DNA from: Takakia lepidozioides
Lineage: Eukaryota; Plantae; Bryophyta
Assembly (NCBI GenBank): GCA_030704615.1
Contig: CM060731.1
Location: 41,602,001-41,666,000, forward strand
Reading direction: 5' to 3'
Length of the DNA: 64,000 nt
Below, one piece after another: positions 12,420 to 25,329 of the stretch. The number at the start of each line of letters is the position of its first letter. Position 1 is the first letter of the stretch. The notes beneath the pieces were generated by a model. It was not told the origin of the DNA, ran no database searches, and worked only from the letters and a program-made list of their open reading frames with translations. The position numbers were made by a program, and so were the translations under genes.

Positions 12420-13077
12420 GGAAATGCGGCCGCATTTCCGTTCCGAGCGCCGCATTTCAGTTCCAGATTTTCAGTCAGAACGGAAATGCGGTGCCGCATT
12501 TCCGTTCCGACTCGGATGGAATTGCCGCATTTCAGTTCCACGATTTTCCGGAAATGCGGTGCCGCATTTCCGTTCCTCAAGGTCGGAATTGCGCTCTGTC
12601 GGGCTCCAGCATCAGATACAAAATGGAAATGCGGCGCCGCATTTCCGGAATGTCGAAACGACTCGGACGGAAATGCGGTGCCGCATTTCTGTTCCCGTTG
12701 TTCATATTCTCAATCAGAACGGAAATGCGGTACCGCATTTCCGTTCGAATGAAATGCGGTTCTGCCGGAAATAGCATTATCCCTCAGCTCAGATTGGAAA
12801 TGCGGCGCCGCATTTCCGTTCTGGAATGTCGAAAGTGCGACTCGGACGGAAATGCGGTGCCGCATTTCTGTTCCGTTGTTCATAAATCTCAATCAGAACG
12901 GAAATGCGGTACCGCATTTCCGTTCCACCTTCACATACCGTGCTTGCTGGATGGAAATGCGTTACCGCATTTCCGTTCTGGAGAGTATAAAGGTTTCCCC
13001 GGACGGAAACTCGTGCCGCATTTCCGTCGCTCTGTGCATGACCAAGATGCAATACGGAAATGCGGCGCCGTATTTCC
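12420..13077. repeat. Array 2 of the 22-bp palindrome, ~52-bp period, in the divergent intergenic region
   Basis: About 14 copies; starts at ~12796, 12848, 12900, 12953, 13005, 13056 are separated by ~30-bp mostly distinct spacers. 12625-12745 is a diverged duplicate of 12796-12925. Confidence 0.92.
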
Positions 13078-13503
13078 GTCCACCAGCAATCGAAGAATCA
13101 CTCGGCGGGAAATCTGGAACCTCAATGGGTTGCATTGTTCCGAAACAACACAATTGCGGCCAGTCTTGATGAGCACAACTTGGTTGTCTGACCGTTTTAA
13201 CCAGCAGTCCTGGCACTTGTCAGTGCGAACGTTCCTGTCTGCACCGAGAATACTGCTGGATCCACCCTCAGGAGAAACTGTCAGGAGATGTTATTTCGTC
13301 GCCGAATCGGCCATCATTGTCATACTCACTGGCTATGGAATCAAACCTCCCACCTTCATGCATGTAGCTTGAAACAATACTTTCCACTTCAATGTGCGAC
13401 TTCCAATCGTCGATGGACTCCGCAGATCCACTTAGATGGTGCCTGTGAGCCTTGGTCTGTCGCTATACTGAACCTCGCACTTGCCAACTCCGTGCGGTGT
13501 TCG

Positions 13504-16500
13504 ATGGCTCCGAATTCCTACGCTATAGTTTGCTGTCCTCCGCAACTTGGGAGAGCCTGGATCCCAAACGAGGGAGGACTTTGCAGAGTGACTGAAACTT
13601 ACCTTTGTTCCAAATTCAAGCTCAAACCGGGCACAGTTTATTTGGAAGAAGAAAGGAAGGATGTTCCTGGACAGGTTGACGAGACCATTGTCGTGCTAGG
13701 TAACGACGGAGGTTGCGGAATCGAATGGCACGTTCCCCCGTCAGACACCATCCTGTACCGAGCTGTGGGAATGCCCATTCCCTTTCCGAATCAGTCGCTG
13801 CCCACACCATCCACAAAGGAGTCCGGAAACCGAGAGCGGCCACTGCCAACAGAGAGGTATGCAACGATAATCATTCCCGACCTGGACCGTCAAGACCCTC
13901 CATAGCTTCTCGTGTGGACGTATTCGACATTTCCGACGAGGAAGATGATTGCATTGAGGTACCCATGTCCTCCACACGGTCGTTCAAATCCGGCATGGAC
14001 GTCTCTGTAGGTGCTACGCATGTGCCCTCGAGCATAACTCCAACCCGGTCCATTGTGCAGCTCCTACGACAACATCACCTCGATGGTTCTCGCTCCGAGC
14101 TGGCTGCTCTCGACTATGCCAAATTCCCAGTCAGAAAGGTAACTTTCTGCCTCCCGAAGTCGATGGCAATGTCATCTTCGAGTTTCCACCTGTTTCTTCG
14201 TCAAAGAAAGCCTCCGGGATGTTAACAGACATGGATCGAAAGCATGACGGACACCCCTGGTGTGTGACGAAGACCAGTAGCACGAAAATTGCTGATGGTG
14301 TTCGTGTACGATATGTCCTCTGTGCGGGGAAGCTGAGGTGCCTCAATCCCACCTGCTTCCACTTTCTCTCCAAAGGAGGGCGGAGAAACGAGACGGATTG
14401 GACTGGCACAACGCATCATCCATTCATTGTCTCCAGCCAAGCTCCTGCGGGTTCTTTCAAGTGTGCACATTGCAAAGAACCACCGACGTGCATGTCCATG
14501 TGCAGAGCCAAGCAATATTACGTAATCCATTTGCTCCCGGACTTGACTAGAGCTTGCATACACGTTGGGGTCCACTGCCACCCCTTGGCGAGAGGCAACA
14601 TGCGTGAGGCTGTGCAGGAAGCACACGACATCATAAAAGAGGAGGTGAAATTGAGCCCCGGAGCCAGACCAAAGCAGATTCAGCTGAAGGCAGCCCACAA
14701 GATTGCTCTTGGCAAAATCATGTCTGAAGATGGTTCCGACCGAGAGCCCTTGACCGAAGACGAGATGCGTGACCTCTTGGAGTCCGTCTCGCACGTTTGT
14801 AGTCCGAATGTGCGGAATCACATCGTATCTTGCAAGCAGGAGTTCGGCAGGGGGTCGGACATGTACTCAATCCTGGAGGTGAAACGAATGACTGGATATG
14901 ACTACATCCAAGGTAGCAGGTTTCCAGGGCAAGGCAGCGAATCCGATCGTTGTTACATTTTCAAAATGTCGACGTGTGGGCCTGGGAGTGGAGTCGACTT
15001 GGTCACTCGCATGACAACTGGAAACTTGTCGAATGCTTGGGTGATGTTTGATCACATCAAGCGAATTACAAACCATCAGTGGGTGACTATGGGTGCGCAT
15101 GTTTATGACTATCACTCCAAGAGGCTCATGACGATTGCAATCTGCGAGATGAAGGGGAGGACACACAGTCCGAGATGCATCTGTGGGAGGGCATAAACGA
15201 GCAGATGGCAAGGGCGGATTGCCAGAGCCCAATTTCAGGGGATTCATGGCAGACAACGCTCAGGCCAACTGGGCAGCGGTGCGGCGTGTGTACGGTGAGG
15301 ACCCCAATGTTCCAATGGAGGGGAAAGAGAGATCCTGTGGATTCCATTGGATGCAGAGTCTATCCCACTACACTACCAAATTTGTTGCTAGCTCATTCCA
15401 GGCTGAACACCGTGTCCTTTGTACGGCGTGGAAGGATGCACCCCACATTTGATGACGCGGAGGTTAAGTTTGCTATCATCGAGGCTTGGTGGAACACGTC
15501 AGGTGCAGTGGAGACAACCAATCTGGGAGCATTGCACAGCTGGTTGGGGTGGTGGCATTTTCGGTATCGACAGTTCGGACAGTACATGCGGGAGGTAGGC
15601 TGCTGTCATTTCGTTCATTTGTCTTTCTGTTACGGACATTTCGATTGGTCCCTCACCATTGTTTGTGTCCTTCTAGGAGCGGTGCTTGGATTCCGACACG
15701 GACATGCCGAACACGAATATGGCAGAATCGGTCCACTCCTCCTGGCGAGCGTCTTCTGCCGCACATCTGGTGGACGTAGTGACGGCCACAACGGAGGACA
15801 TCGACAGAGCAATCATGCAGCAAGCCACGTACTACAAGTTCCTGAGCGGCAAACAATGGGGCTTTGGGCCGGACAGGGAGGAATTGTTGGTACGAACAGC
15901 TTCGAGGTCCAAGAATCCAGTGAAATGGGCGACAGCATTGCGAGAGAATCAAAGGGACGCCTCTGCACCGCAGAGGTGAACACCTAGAGGGGGACGTCCG
16001 GACTCGCCCTGTCAGGCGGAGGATTGAAGAGGAACCCGGGTGCGAAGAGGATTCCTGGAGATCCGACAGGAACATTCGGACAGCACCTCGAGGTCCCGTC
16101 ATGTTGCCGCACAATGTGTCTTCCAGCAGTGGAAGCCCAAGAAATTCCAGATCGCCGTCGCCTTCAACCGGGGATTTCGTGCAACAAATTCCCACCGCTC
16201 CCTTGCCCCACATTCCGCCCGCTGTTATGCAGTATGGCCAAGCCATTGTGGAGACGACTGTGTCTGCATCACAGTGGAGAATTGCTCGCACAAAGCCGTC
16301 GTTTCGAGGAAGGTGTTCCGCAATTCGTGTGGATACACGGCAACGTTGTTTAGAGATGATAAGGAGGAATCCAGATGGGGCTGTCCCTGCTCCTACTTTT
16401 ACAGGAAGATTTGTCCATGCAAAGTTTGCGGAGGCGACAACCACCCAGTTCTGGTTCTGCAGGCACGACATTATGACTTGCGTGTATGGAAAGCCCAAGT

Positions 16501-17102
16501 ACGGCATACAACAATGCCAGAGGCTCCCCCGGTGTGGCCGGTGGAACCAGGCTGCGATCTGAGTCAGGTTGAGGCCGACGCCCTTACCGCCCGCAGGATT
16601 TTCGGATGGTGCAGCGCACTGACGTCCCAGACAACCATTTCCGCTTCCACAGCCTCCACCACCGACCCCTGTGAGAGCAAGAACAATGGGACACGACAGC
16701 TCTAAGCATCCTACACACCGTTGGGGGAAACCGAAGAGGCGGCGACCTCCCTCAAAAGTGAACGAGACAAGGATGGGGAATGCACTTCGGATGAACTGTA
16801 CAATCCAGAGCTCGACAGAAGTGCCCCCACCAGGATTCGGGCGTGTGTATCAGATGGCCACGGCGGGCTCAGCTGTTCGCAATGAGGTGTACATCACCAT
16901 TTCAGAATTACCCACCTGCAATTGCACCGACTTCCAGATCATGGCGAACAAGGGGGCATCATACTGCCCTTGCAAGCATTTGTACTACGTGTACCTAAAG
17001 AGACTCCGTTGTAATTCCACAACTCATCACTTCATACATGCACCAGGGTTGAGCCCCCAGGAGGTTCACACTCTTCTGAATATGGATCCAGGGGACCAGT
17101 GA
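13504..17102 (+). pseudogene. MULE-type DDE transposase with N-terminal GCM-like Zn domain and C-terminal SWIM finger (frameshifted)
   Basis: CAGKLRCLNPTC...CAHC...C...CRAK...HVGVHCHP (GCM/WRKY-like); WVMFDHIKR, FMADNAQAN...ERSCGFHW (MULE D..D..CxxH); TNMAES; CNCTDF...CKHLYYVY (SWIM). Frameshifts near 13900, 14150, 15165; intron ~15595-15677. Confidence 0.85.
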
Positions 17103-17844
17103 GCTTGGCTTGCGGTCCACATACAATGGTACGCCCATCCTTTTCGGATAGTAGAACTGTACTGCTGCTGCAGTACCTCAGACTCTGGCCACACAAAGGT
17201 CCGACATATGTCTTGCCTACCAGTAACCTGTTTTGATCGAACTAAGATATTACTATATCGTTCACTTGTTTCCACGTGCATGTATTTTTGTATGTTGGAG
17301 GGTTCATGTTTTTCTGCTTTCCGAAAACTTGCTTCCTCATTCGACCTCCGACAAGGAAATGCGGCGCCGATTTCCAAGTATCGTCGTAGGTACCCCCAGA
17401 GGCGGCCTTCGCCAACACCAAACCGCTCCGAAATTTCGCACGTGCGAACCCTAATGCGGCACCTATTTCCCAGTTCAGTTGCAAACCTTTCCCGCCGAAT
17501 ACCCGAAGAAGACAGAATTGTGAAGTACTGCAGACTGTATTGGTGCAGACTCCATTGGTTCAATCGCGGCAAAAGGGTCAGCTTCATTCCAATGTTAAGG
17601 CATGTAAAACCGCGGAATACTCTATACAGGCCAGTATGCGACGTCCTTTTGCAGTGGTATACTGGATTTCCCGTTGCACGGTCACTTATTTCCATGAGCG
17701 GATCTATAAAACCATGAGCGGACTTGTTACTGACGACATATCTTCGCCGCATTACATGATCTGGAACGTCCAAAAACGGCAAGGTCAAATAAAAAACTAT
17801 TATTTTAATACTTGTTTAATCTGCCGCATTTCCAAATTTGGAGG

Positions 17845-17952
17845 AGTCCGCTCATGAAATCCGCGTATCTTAGACTTCGGCTCACCGCTCATGCGGCTCA
17901 TGCGGCTCATGGCTCATGGCTCATGGTTTCTGCTCATGAAATAGTAAACCTC
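17845..17952 (-). repeat. Right TIR with internal (CATGAGC)n repeats
   Basis: rc gaggtttactatttcatgagcagaaaccatgagccatgagccatgagccgcatgagccgcatgagc. Confidence 0.85.
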
Positions 17953-19733
17953 CCAGCAGCATCATACGTCCTGACCAAATCAGAGCAAGAGGAATTGTTG
18001 AAGACATTGGGAGCCATGAAGGTGCCAACCGGATTCTCGGGTGCTTTCCAAAAGCATGCCATAAACAAGAAATGGTCGGGGATGAAGTCACATGATCTAC
18101 ACGTGATGATGCAGCAGATTTTGCCAGTGTGCATTCGGGGTACGATGGCGTCGGGTCCTCGAACAGCCATAATGCGTATAAGTCGAGTGTTTAGGAAGAT
18201 TTGTGCGAAGGTGTGGGATCCGAGGGACATTACATTGCTGCATGAGGATGTGGCTGTGACCCTATGTTTGCTGGAGAAAGAATTCCCTCCATCATTCTTT
18301 GACGTCATGACGCACTTACTAGTGCATCTTGTAGAGGAGCTGCATGTGTGTGGGCCCGTAGCCAACCGTTGGATGTACCCCATGGAGAGGTACATGAAGG
18401 ATCTGAAGGGGTATGTACGCAACATGGCCGGCCAGAGGGGATTATGGCGGAGGGCTACATCCGCGACGAAGCCCTGGGCTTCATGACAGAGTATATGTCT
18501 TCATTTGATGCAATACAACGACGGGTGTGGGACGAGAACGAGGAAGAAGGAGTTGTAGGCGAGGTCCTAGAAGGTGGAACAAAGCGTGCCATGAGCCCGC
18601 GCCTTCGGGATGTGGCACATGATTATGTGCTGAACAATACAACAACCATGACACCATGTAGACAGTGGGTGTAAACTTTACATCCCTCCTGTACTATTCT
18701 TAATGGTCTTTGTATGCATGAATTACATATATATTGTCACAAGTCATTCCGGCCACTATGGGAGTGGGATCGTGTACTAACAGGGTGCTTCAGACGACAA
18801 CAGAGGGTGTTTCGTAGTTGGTGTTGTTGCTTGCAAGTGATCATGAAGTAGGCTGCATCACTACAATGTGCTTGAAAGGACACACTCTACATGTGGCATG
18901 CATGTCAGTACAGTGTTGGTCAGGGGGACTGAGTTGGAGCTTCTATTTGGTTTCTGCCAGAAAATATGCAGCGGAGAAGGTCCCCTGAAAACGGAACGGA
19001 GAGCATTTGCAAAGCATGCGGAGGGGCGGTCGTAGGCGCAGATCCCCGGTGGAGTACCGACAACAATGGAGGAGCTGCAGCCCTTTACAGTGTGGGTCAG
19101 ATCTGCAATTGCAGTGTACGCATCAGAGAACGAGGACCCATGAGGGCATGGTGAGTCTGTCATTCCCCCCATGGCTGATTGCCACTTCGTACCGGTCAAT
19201 GAACATATGGCAATCATTATAGAGTGGACGATGCCAACACCAGCCTCCCGGTGACTTACAACGGAGTGGCAACATTTTTTGAACAAGAGAGTAGGAGCTG
19301 TGCACGAGATCGGAATCCAATTTCATGCCATGTGCAATATGTAGGAGTGATCAAAGAGATCCTTAAACTAGACTATGGTCTTGTGAAGCCAATCTATTCC
19401 GTTGTTCTTGGGTAAAAGCCAATATGGTAGGAGAGAATGCCACCATGAAACGGGATGAGTACGGGTTCCTCCTTGCTGATTTCAGAAAAATGCTACCCAC
19501 AAGATGAAGAGCCATTCATCTTCCCATCGCAAGTTGAGCAAGTTTTCTTTTCAGATGACATCCATGCGCCGGGATGGAAGGTGGTTCTTCACAAGGACCC
19601 CCGGGCCAAACGAGTCGTTGCCGACGTCCATGATCTGGACCTAGGGAGAATGCCGACCACGAGGTCTGAGGGAACCCGAAATCTACCCAGATACGGCCGA
19701 ACCAGTCTCTTTGGAAGGAGCAGTTACCTTTAA
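17953..19733 (+). pseudogene. CACTA Tnp2 3' part (DUF4218- and DUF4216-type regions)
   Basis: GMKSHDLHVMMQQILP; FPPSFFDVMTHLLVHLVEE...GPV..RWMYPMERYMK..RPEGIMAEGY; GVIKEILKLDY...EPFIFPSQVEQVFF...GWKVVL. Frameshifts present. Confidence 0.92.
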
Positions 19734-21523
19734 TGAGGAAGACATTCCAGGGTTGGTAATTACCGCCAGGCAAATTGCAGATGTGGGTAGTGAAGGGGAA
19801 GATTATTTGGATACGGATAGTGAGCCCAGCTGAATCTCAGTGTCCATTAAGCCAGCAGCTCATAGACGAGAGCTATGCTAAGGACTCTTACTGTCCTTAG
19901 AACCCATTTTGTACAGTCCTGCTTATAAGCAAGGGCGAGACAGTTTAGTATCGATAATGTATGGATGTGTCACTGACTGTCTTGTGAACAAATCTTTTTT
20001 GTTCTGCCCATATTGTTTCTGACATGTGAGGAGAGATCGTCTTCATGTACGGGAAGTAGACGTGAATGTGTGCATGCATTTTCTGGCCCATCTGCATGCT
20101 TTCCAGGAACAAAGACCAGTGGAATGGGGGGTGTCTCCAAAGGAGCAGGACCGAACGACACCTTTTGTGCTTCCCTTGCTTTCCTTCTCACCGTTGTTCC
20201 ATTCTCCCACCTGCCCAACAGCAGCACTCTCGAAGCAATAGCATGACATATGTTCGCACATGGTCTTCTCTTCACCAGTGAATGAGCTTTTATGCTACAT
20301 GTACTGCCCCGTCCACATTAACGTTGATCCCTGCAAGCACTTGGCAAGACACCCCAGAGCCGCAAATCCAGCAACCACCACAAACACATCTAACTGATTG
20401 TAGTGACACGGGAATAGCTCACTTGTAGAGGAATTGAACTCCAGCCAAATGAATGGCTCTGCCCCTTGTAGGCACAGTGCGATGCAAAAACAAGGTGAGT
20501 ACAAAATGAAGAAGCACTTACGAGGTCCCATCCCTGGGATGGCTCCCACTCTGCTCTGGAACTGTGCAGGCCTGAGTAGCACCAAATTGCATGAATCCTA
20601 AGCCTGAATATCAAATGCAGGTTTATGTCGCGATGTAGCACGCCATCATCTTACCTGTAGTTTCCCAGTTTCACTGGTGTCACATTTGCCTTCAAGTCAC
20701 ATCAAAATTAAGTCCACCTATGCGCAAATCGTAGAATCTCTCATGACACCATTGCGTACCGAACTGGTTTGGCATGATATATTGTGTTCACAACCTTAAT
20801 GAACGCTTCACAGCTTTACCTCTCCGTGCGCTCCATCGTGCCTCCATCCAGCACATTCTGTAAATGTTGAATGACCAAGAACCCGATGTCACACCGTTCT
20901 GAGAAGCCAACTACGCGCGCTTACAGTATATCGAAGGCCTTGCCGTGTCAGGATTTTGCATTCCACGTCCCGCCATGTCCGACGCAGCACTTGCATCCTT
21001 GCCAGACAGGCCAGGTGGAGGCAGCATGTATTAAAATATCTATTCCCCCAAGGCCATTTTGTTTACACTCTTTTTGTGAAGCCACGTCAGCAAATGTGCT
21101 GCCGAGTCATGGGTGCAATGATGCGCAGTGGTTCATGGAGTCCTTGAGTCGACTACATATTCACTTTAATGAATAAATATCTTTATTCCATTAATCGAAT
21201 TAGAATGAAAATTTTGTAGTCGCATGTGCAGTATTACAAACCACCACTTGCAATTTTGGCTTTTTCAAATTTTGTCTCTTTCGACTCTCCATAGTCCGTT
21301 TACTACCAAGTGGTTTCCGAGTGGTCGCGGACATGCAGTCGATTCGAAAAGACACGAATGCTTCTAGTGTTATACATTGTTTTTTGTTTTTGGTGGAGTG
21401 CTTGGAGGTCAAGTTTCTTTTGTTTATGGGGCTTCCATTACCTGGTTTCTAGTTTGAGGTTTGTACTTACCATGAAGAGGGAGTGCACAACATGAACTGA
21501 TCAATGATTTCCTGAATGGATAG

Positions 21524-22784
<1,261 letters not shown>

Positions 22785-22899
22785 GTAAGGTGTAAAGTTA
22801 TGTGTATCAAGACTAACTCTATTATCTAAGCTTTAACTTCCGCAAGCATGGAACCTTGGAAACTTTGTGGTTAAGACCTGGAGTAACCATATCACGGTT

Positions 22900-25240
22900 G
22901 TAATGCGTGTGCGAGCATGGAAGCCTTGGAAAAGGGCAAAGAGGTCCATGGTGATATCGTCAAAGCTGGAATAGTACCAGACGTCATTCTGAACACTGCC
23001 CTGGTGGACATGTATGCAAAAATGTGGGAGCATTGAAGATGCACAGGGGTTGTTCGACAATATGGCTGAACAAAGTGTCATGGAACGCGATGATTGCAGG
23101 ATATGCACAACAAGGACGCGAGATGGAGGCTTTGGAGACCTTTGAGCAGATGATGTGGGAAGGGGTGAAGCCCGACCGCATCACGTTTGTTTGTGTTTGC
23201 AAGGCATGTGCAAGCTTGGCAACTCTCAAAAAGGGCAAAGAGGTCCATGGTGACATCATCACCAGATGTTATTCTACATAGTGCCCTTGTGGACATGTAT
23301 GCCAAATGTGGGAGCATTAAAGATTCAAAAGGGAGTGTTCCTAGAATGCTATGATTGCACGATATGCCCAACATGGTTGACATAGGGAAGCCCTGCAACT
23401 ATTTGAAGGAATACAAATGGAAGGCTTGAAGCCGGACAGTATCACCTTTATATGTTGTCTCTCTGCATGCAGCCACACTGGCCTACTGGATGAAAGAAGA
23501 CGCTACTTTGATTCCCTGAGTCAAGATCATGGTGTCTCTCCAACAGTAAAGCACTTTGGCTGCATGGTGGACCTTCTTGGACAGATGGGGCAATTGGATG
23601 TAGCCACACTGGCCTACTGGATGAAGGATGATGCTACTTTGATTCCTTGAGTCAAGATCATGGTGTCTCTCCGACAGTAAAGCACTTTGGCTGCATGGTG
23701 GACCTTCTTGGACACATGGAGCAATTGGATGAGGCAGAGGAGCTCATTAACAAAATGCCAATGAAACCAAATGCTATGGTTTGGAGGGCCTTGCTTGGTG
23801 CCTGCAGAATCCGTGGCAATGTGGAGGTGGCTGAACATGCTGCAACATCTATTCTCAAGTGGGATGAACAAGATGTCGTGACTTATGTGTTGCTATCAGC
23901 AGCAGCAGCGACACAATTGATAAAATCAAGCAATGCTAATGAAGGCACCTTCTTCAAAATATTTTTCCCTCTTATCGAAATCGGCCTTAAGTTTTCATGT
24001 TGATTTCTGCAACTTACTGGTTGAGTGAACCTTTGATAGTTTGCAATGCGCGTGCAAGCCTGGCAGCTCTGGAGAAGGGCAAAGAGCTGCAGGCAACAAC
24101 CAAGTCATGACGCCATACAGAATAGGTTCCCTTTGCTCACATCCTTATATGCTCGACAGTATGGCTGAACGAGATGGGTGTCATGGCACGATGCTTGCAG
24201 GGTATGCGCAGCAAGGGCGCTGGATGGAGGCTTTGGAGACCTATGAGCAAATGATCAGGGAAGGGGTGAAGCCCGACCACATATAACATTTGTGTGTGTT
24301 AAATGCAGTGCGTGTGCAAGCCTGGCAGCCCTGGAGAAGGGCAAAGAGGTGCATGGTTGCATCGCCAAAGCTGGAATTGTACCAGATGTGAGTCTGAGCA
24401 ATACCCTCGTGGACATATATGCCAAATGTGCCAATGTGACAATAGAAAAGTATCCAGAAACAGGTAACAAAGATGAGGAGAAGCTGTGGAGTGAATACTT
24501 TTCTGACCCAAGTGCTTCTGGTGTGCTTGTGCAAGCCTGGCAGCCCTGGAAAATGGCAAAGAGGTCCATGCATGGTGACATCATCAAAGCTGGAATTGTA
24601 CCAGATGTCATTCTGGACACTGCCATGCCAAATGTCAGCATTGAGGATGCAAAGGGAGTATCTGACAATATGACTGAACGAGGTATGCTGTCGTGGAGGG
24701 CGATGATCGCAGGATATGCCCAGCATGGTTGTCATAGGGAGGTCTTGCAACTATTGGAACGAATGCAAAAAGAAGGCTTCAGTAGCGCCTTTCTATATGT
24801 TCTCTCTGCATGCAGCCATGCTGGCCTACTGGATGAAGGAAGATGCTACTTCGATTCCCTGAGTCCAGATCACGGTGTGACTCCGATGGTAAAGCATTTT
24901 GGCTGCATGGTGGATCTTCTTGGACGTGCGGGCAATTGGATAAAGCAGTGGACCTCAATACTAAAATGCTAATGGAACTAGATGTTGTGGTGTGGATGGC
25001 CTTGCTTGGTGCCTGCAGAAGCCATGCCAATGTGGAGATGGCTGAACGTGCGGCAACATCTATTCTAAGTGGATCACCAAGATGTTGTGACTTATGTGTT
25101 GCTATCAAACATCTATGCTGCAGCTGGCAGGTGGAACGATAGTGCAAAGGTGAGAGAGATGATGAAGGTCAGGGGTTAAGAAGGAGCCAGGTTGCTGTTG
25201 TATTGAGGTTGGGAACATGGTGCACACCTTTACAGTTGTA
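22900..25240 (+). pseudogene. Cluster of degenerate PLS/E-class PPR gene fragments
   Basis: Repeated VSWNAMIAGYAQQG, EGVKPDRITFVCV, SACSHxGLLDEG, KHFGCMVDLLG, VWRALLGACRI and E-domain KKEPGC..IEV motifs, with many stops and frameshifts. 131-bp tandem duplication 23471-23731. Confidence 0.9.
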
Positions 25241-25329
25241 GATGACAAATTTGTTTGTATTTAAATTGGATCTGTATGCTGCAAGTGAAAACTGGGCCCT
25301 CATTCGTATGCGGTGTTCAAAAAAGCTTT

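Larger units (their letters stand above)
4345..17952. mobile_element. 13.6-kb Mutator-like element (MULE) carrying a ParB-MTase cargo gene
   Basis: TIRs GGGGCCTGCTATTTCATGAG (left) / GAGGTTTACTATTTCATGAG (right, rc). 8-bp TSD CCCGCAGC (4337-4344) / CCAGCAGC (17953-17960). Excision restores the Tnp2 frame ...LMPAASYVL.... Contains a MULE-type transposase. Confidence 0.92.
2978..21369 (+). mobile_element. Decayed CACTA (En/Spm) DNA transposon with a nested MULE insertion
   Basis: Tnp2-family domains at 2978-4344 and 17953-19733. Candidate right terminus ...GAATGCTTCTAGTG at 21369 (rc CACTAGAAGC). A matching left terminus was not found. Confidence 0.75.

Noticed and set aside
12420-13077. Bona fide CRISPR array
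   Set aside because: Eukaryotic TE context and no cas genes. Repeats are degenerate and also dispersed singly, and two spacers are internal duplicates. Kept as a binding-site array instead.
12167-13372. 401-aa ORF and the many overlapping ORFs over both palindrome arrays
   Set aside because: Products are repeat translations (EMRCRIS / KCGAAF / GNAVPHF) open in several frames; an artefact of a stop-poor palindrome.
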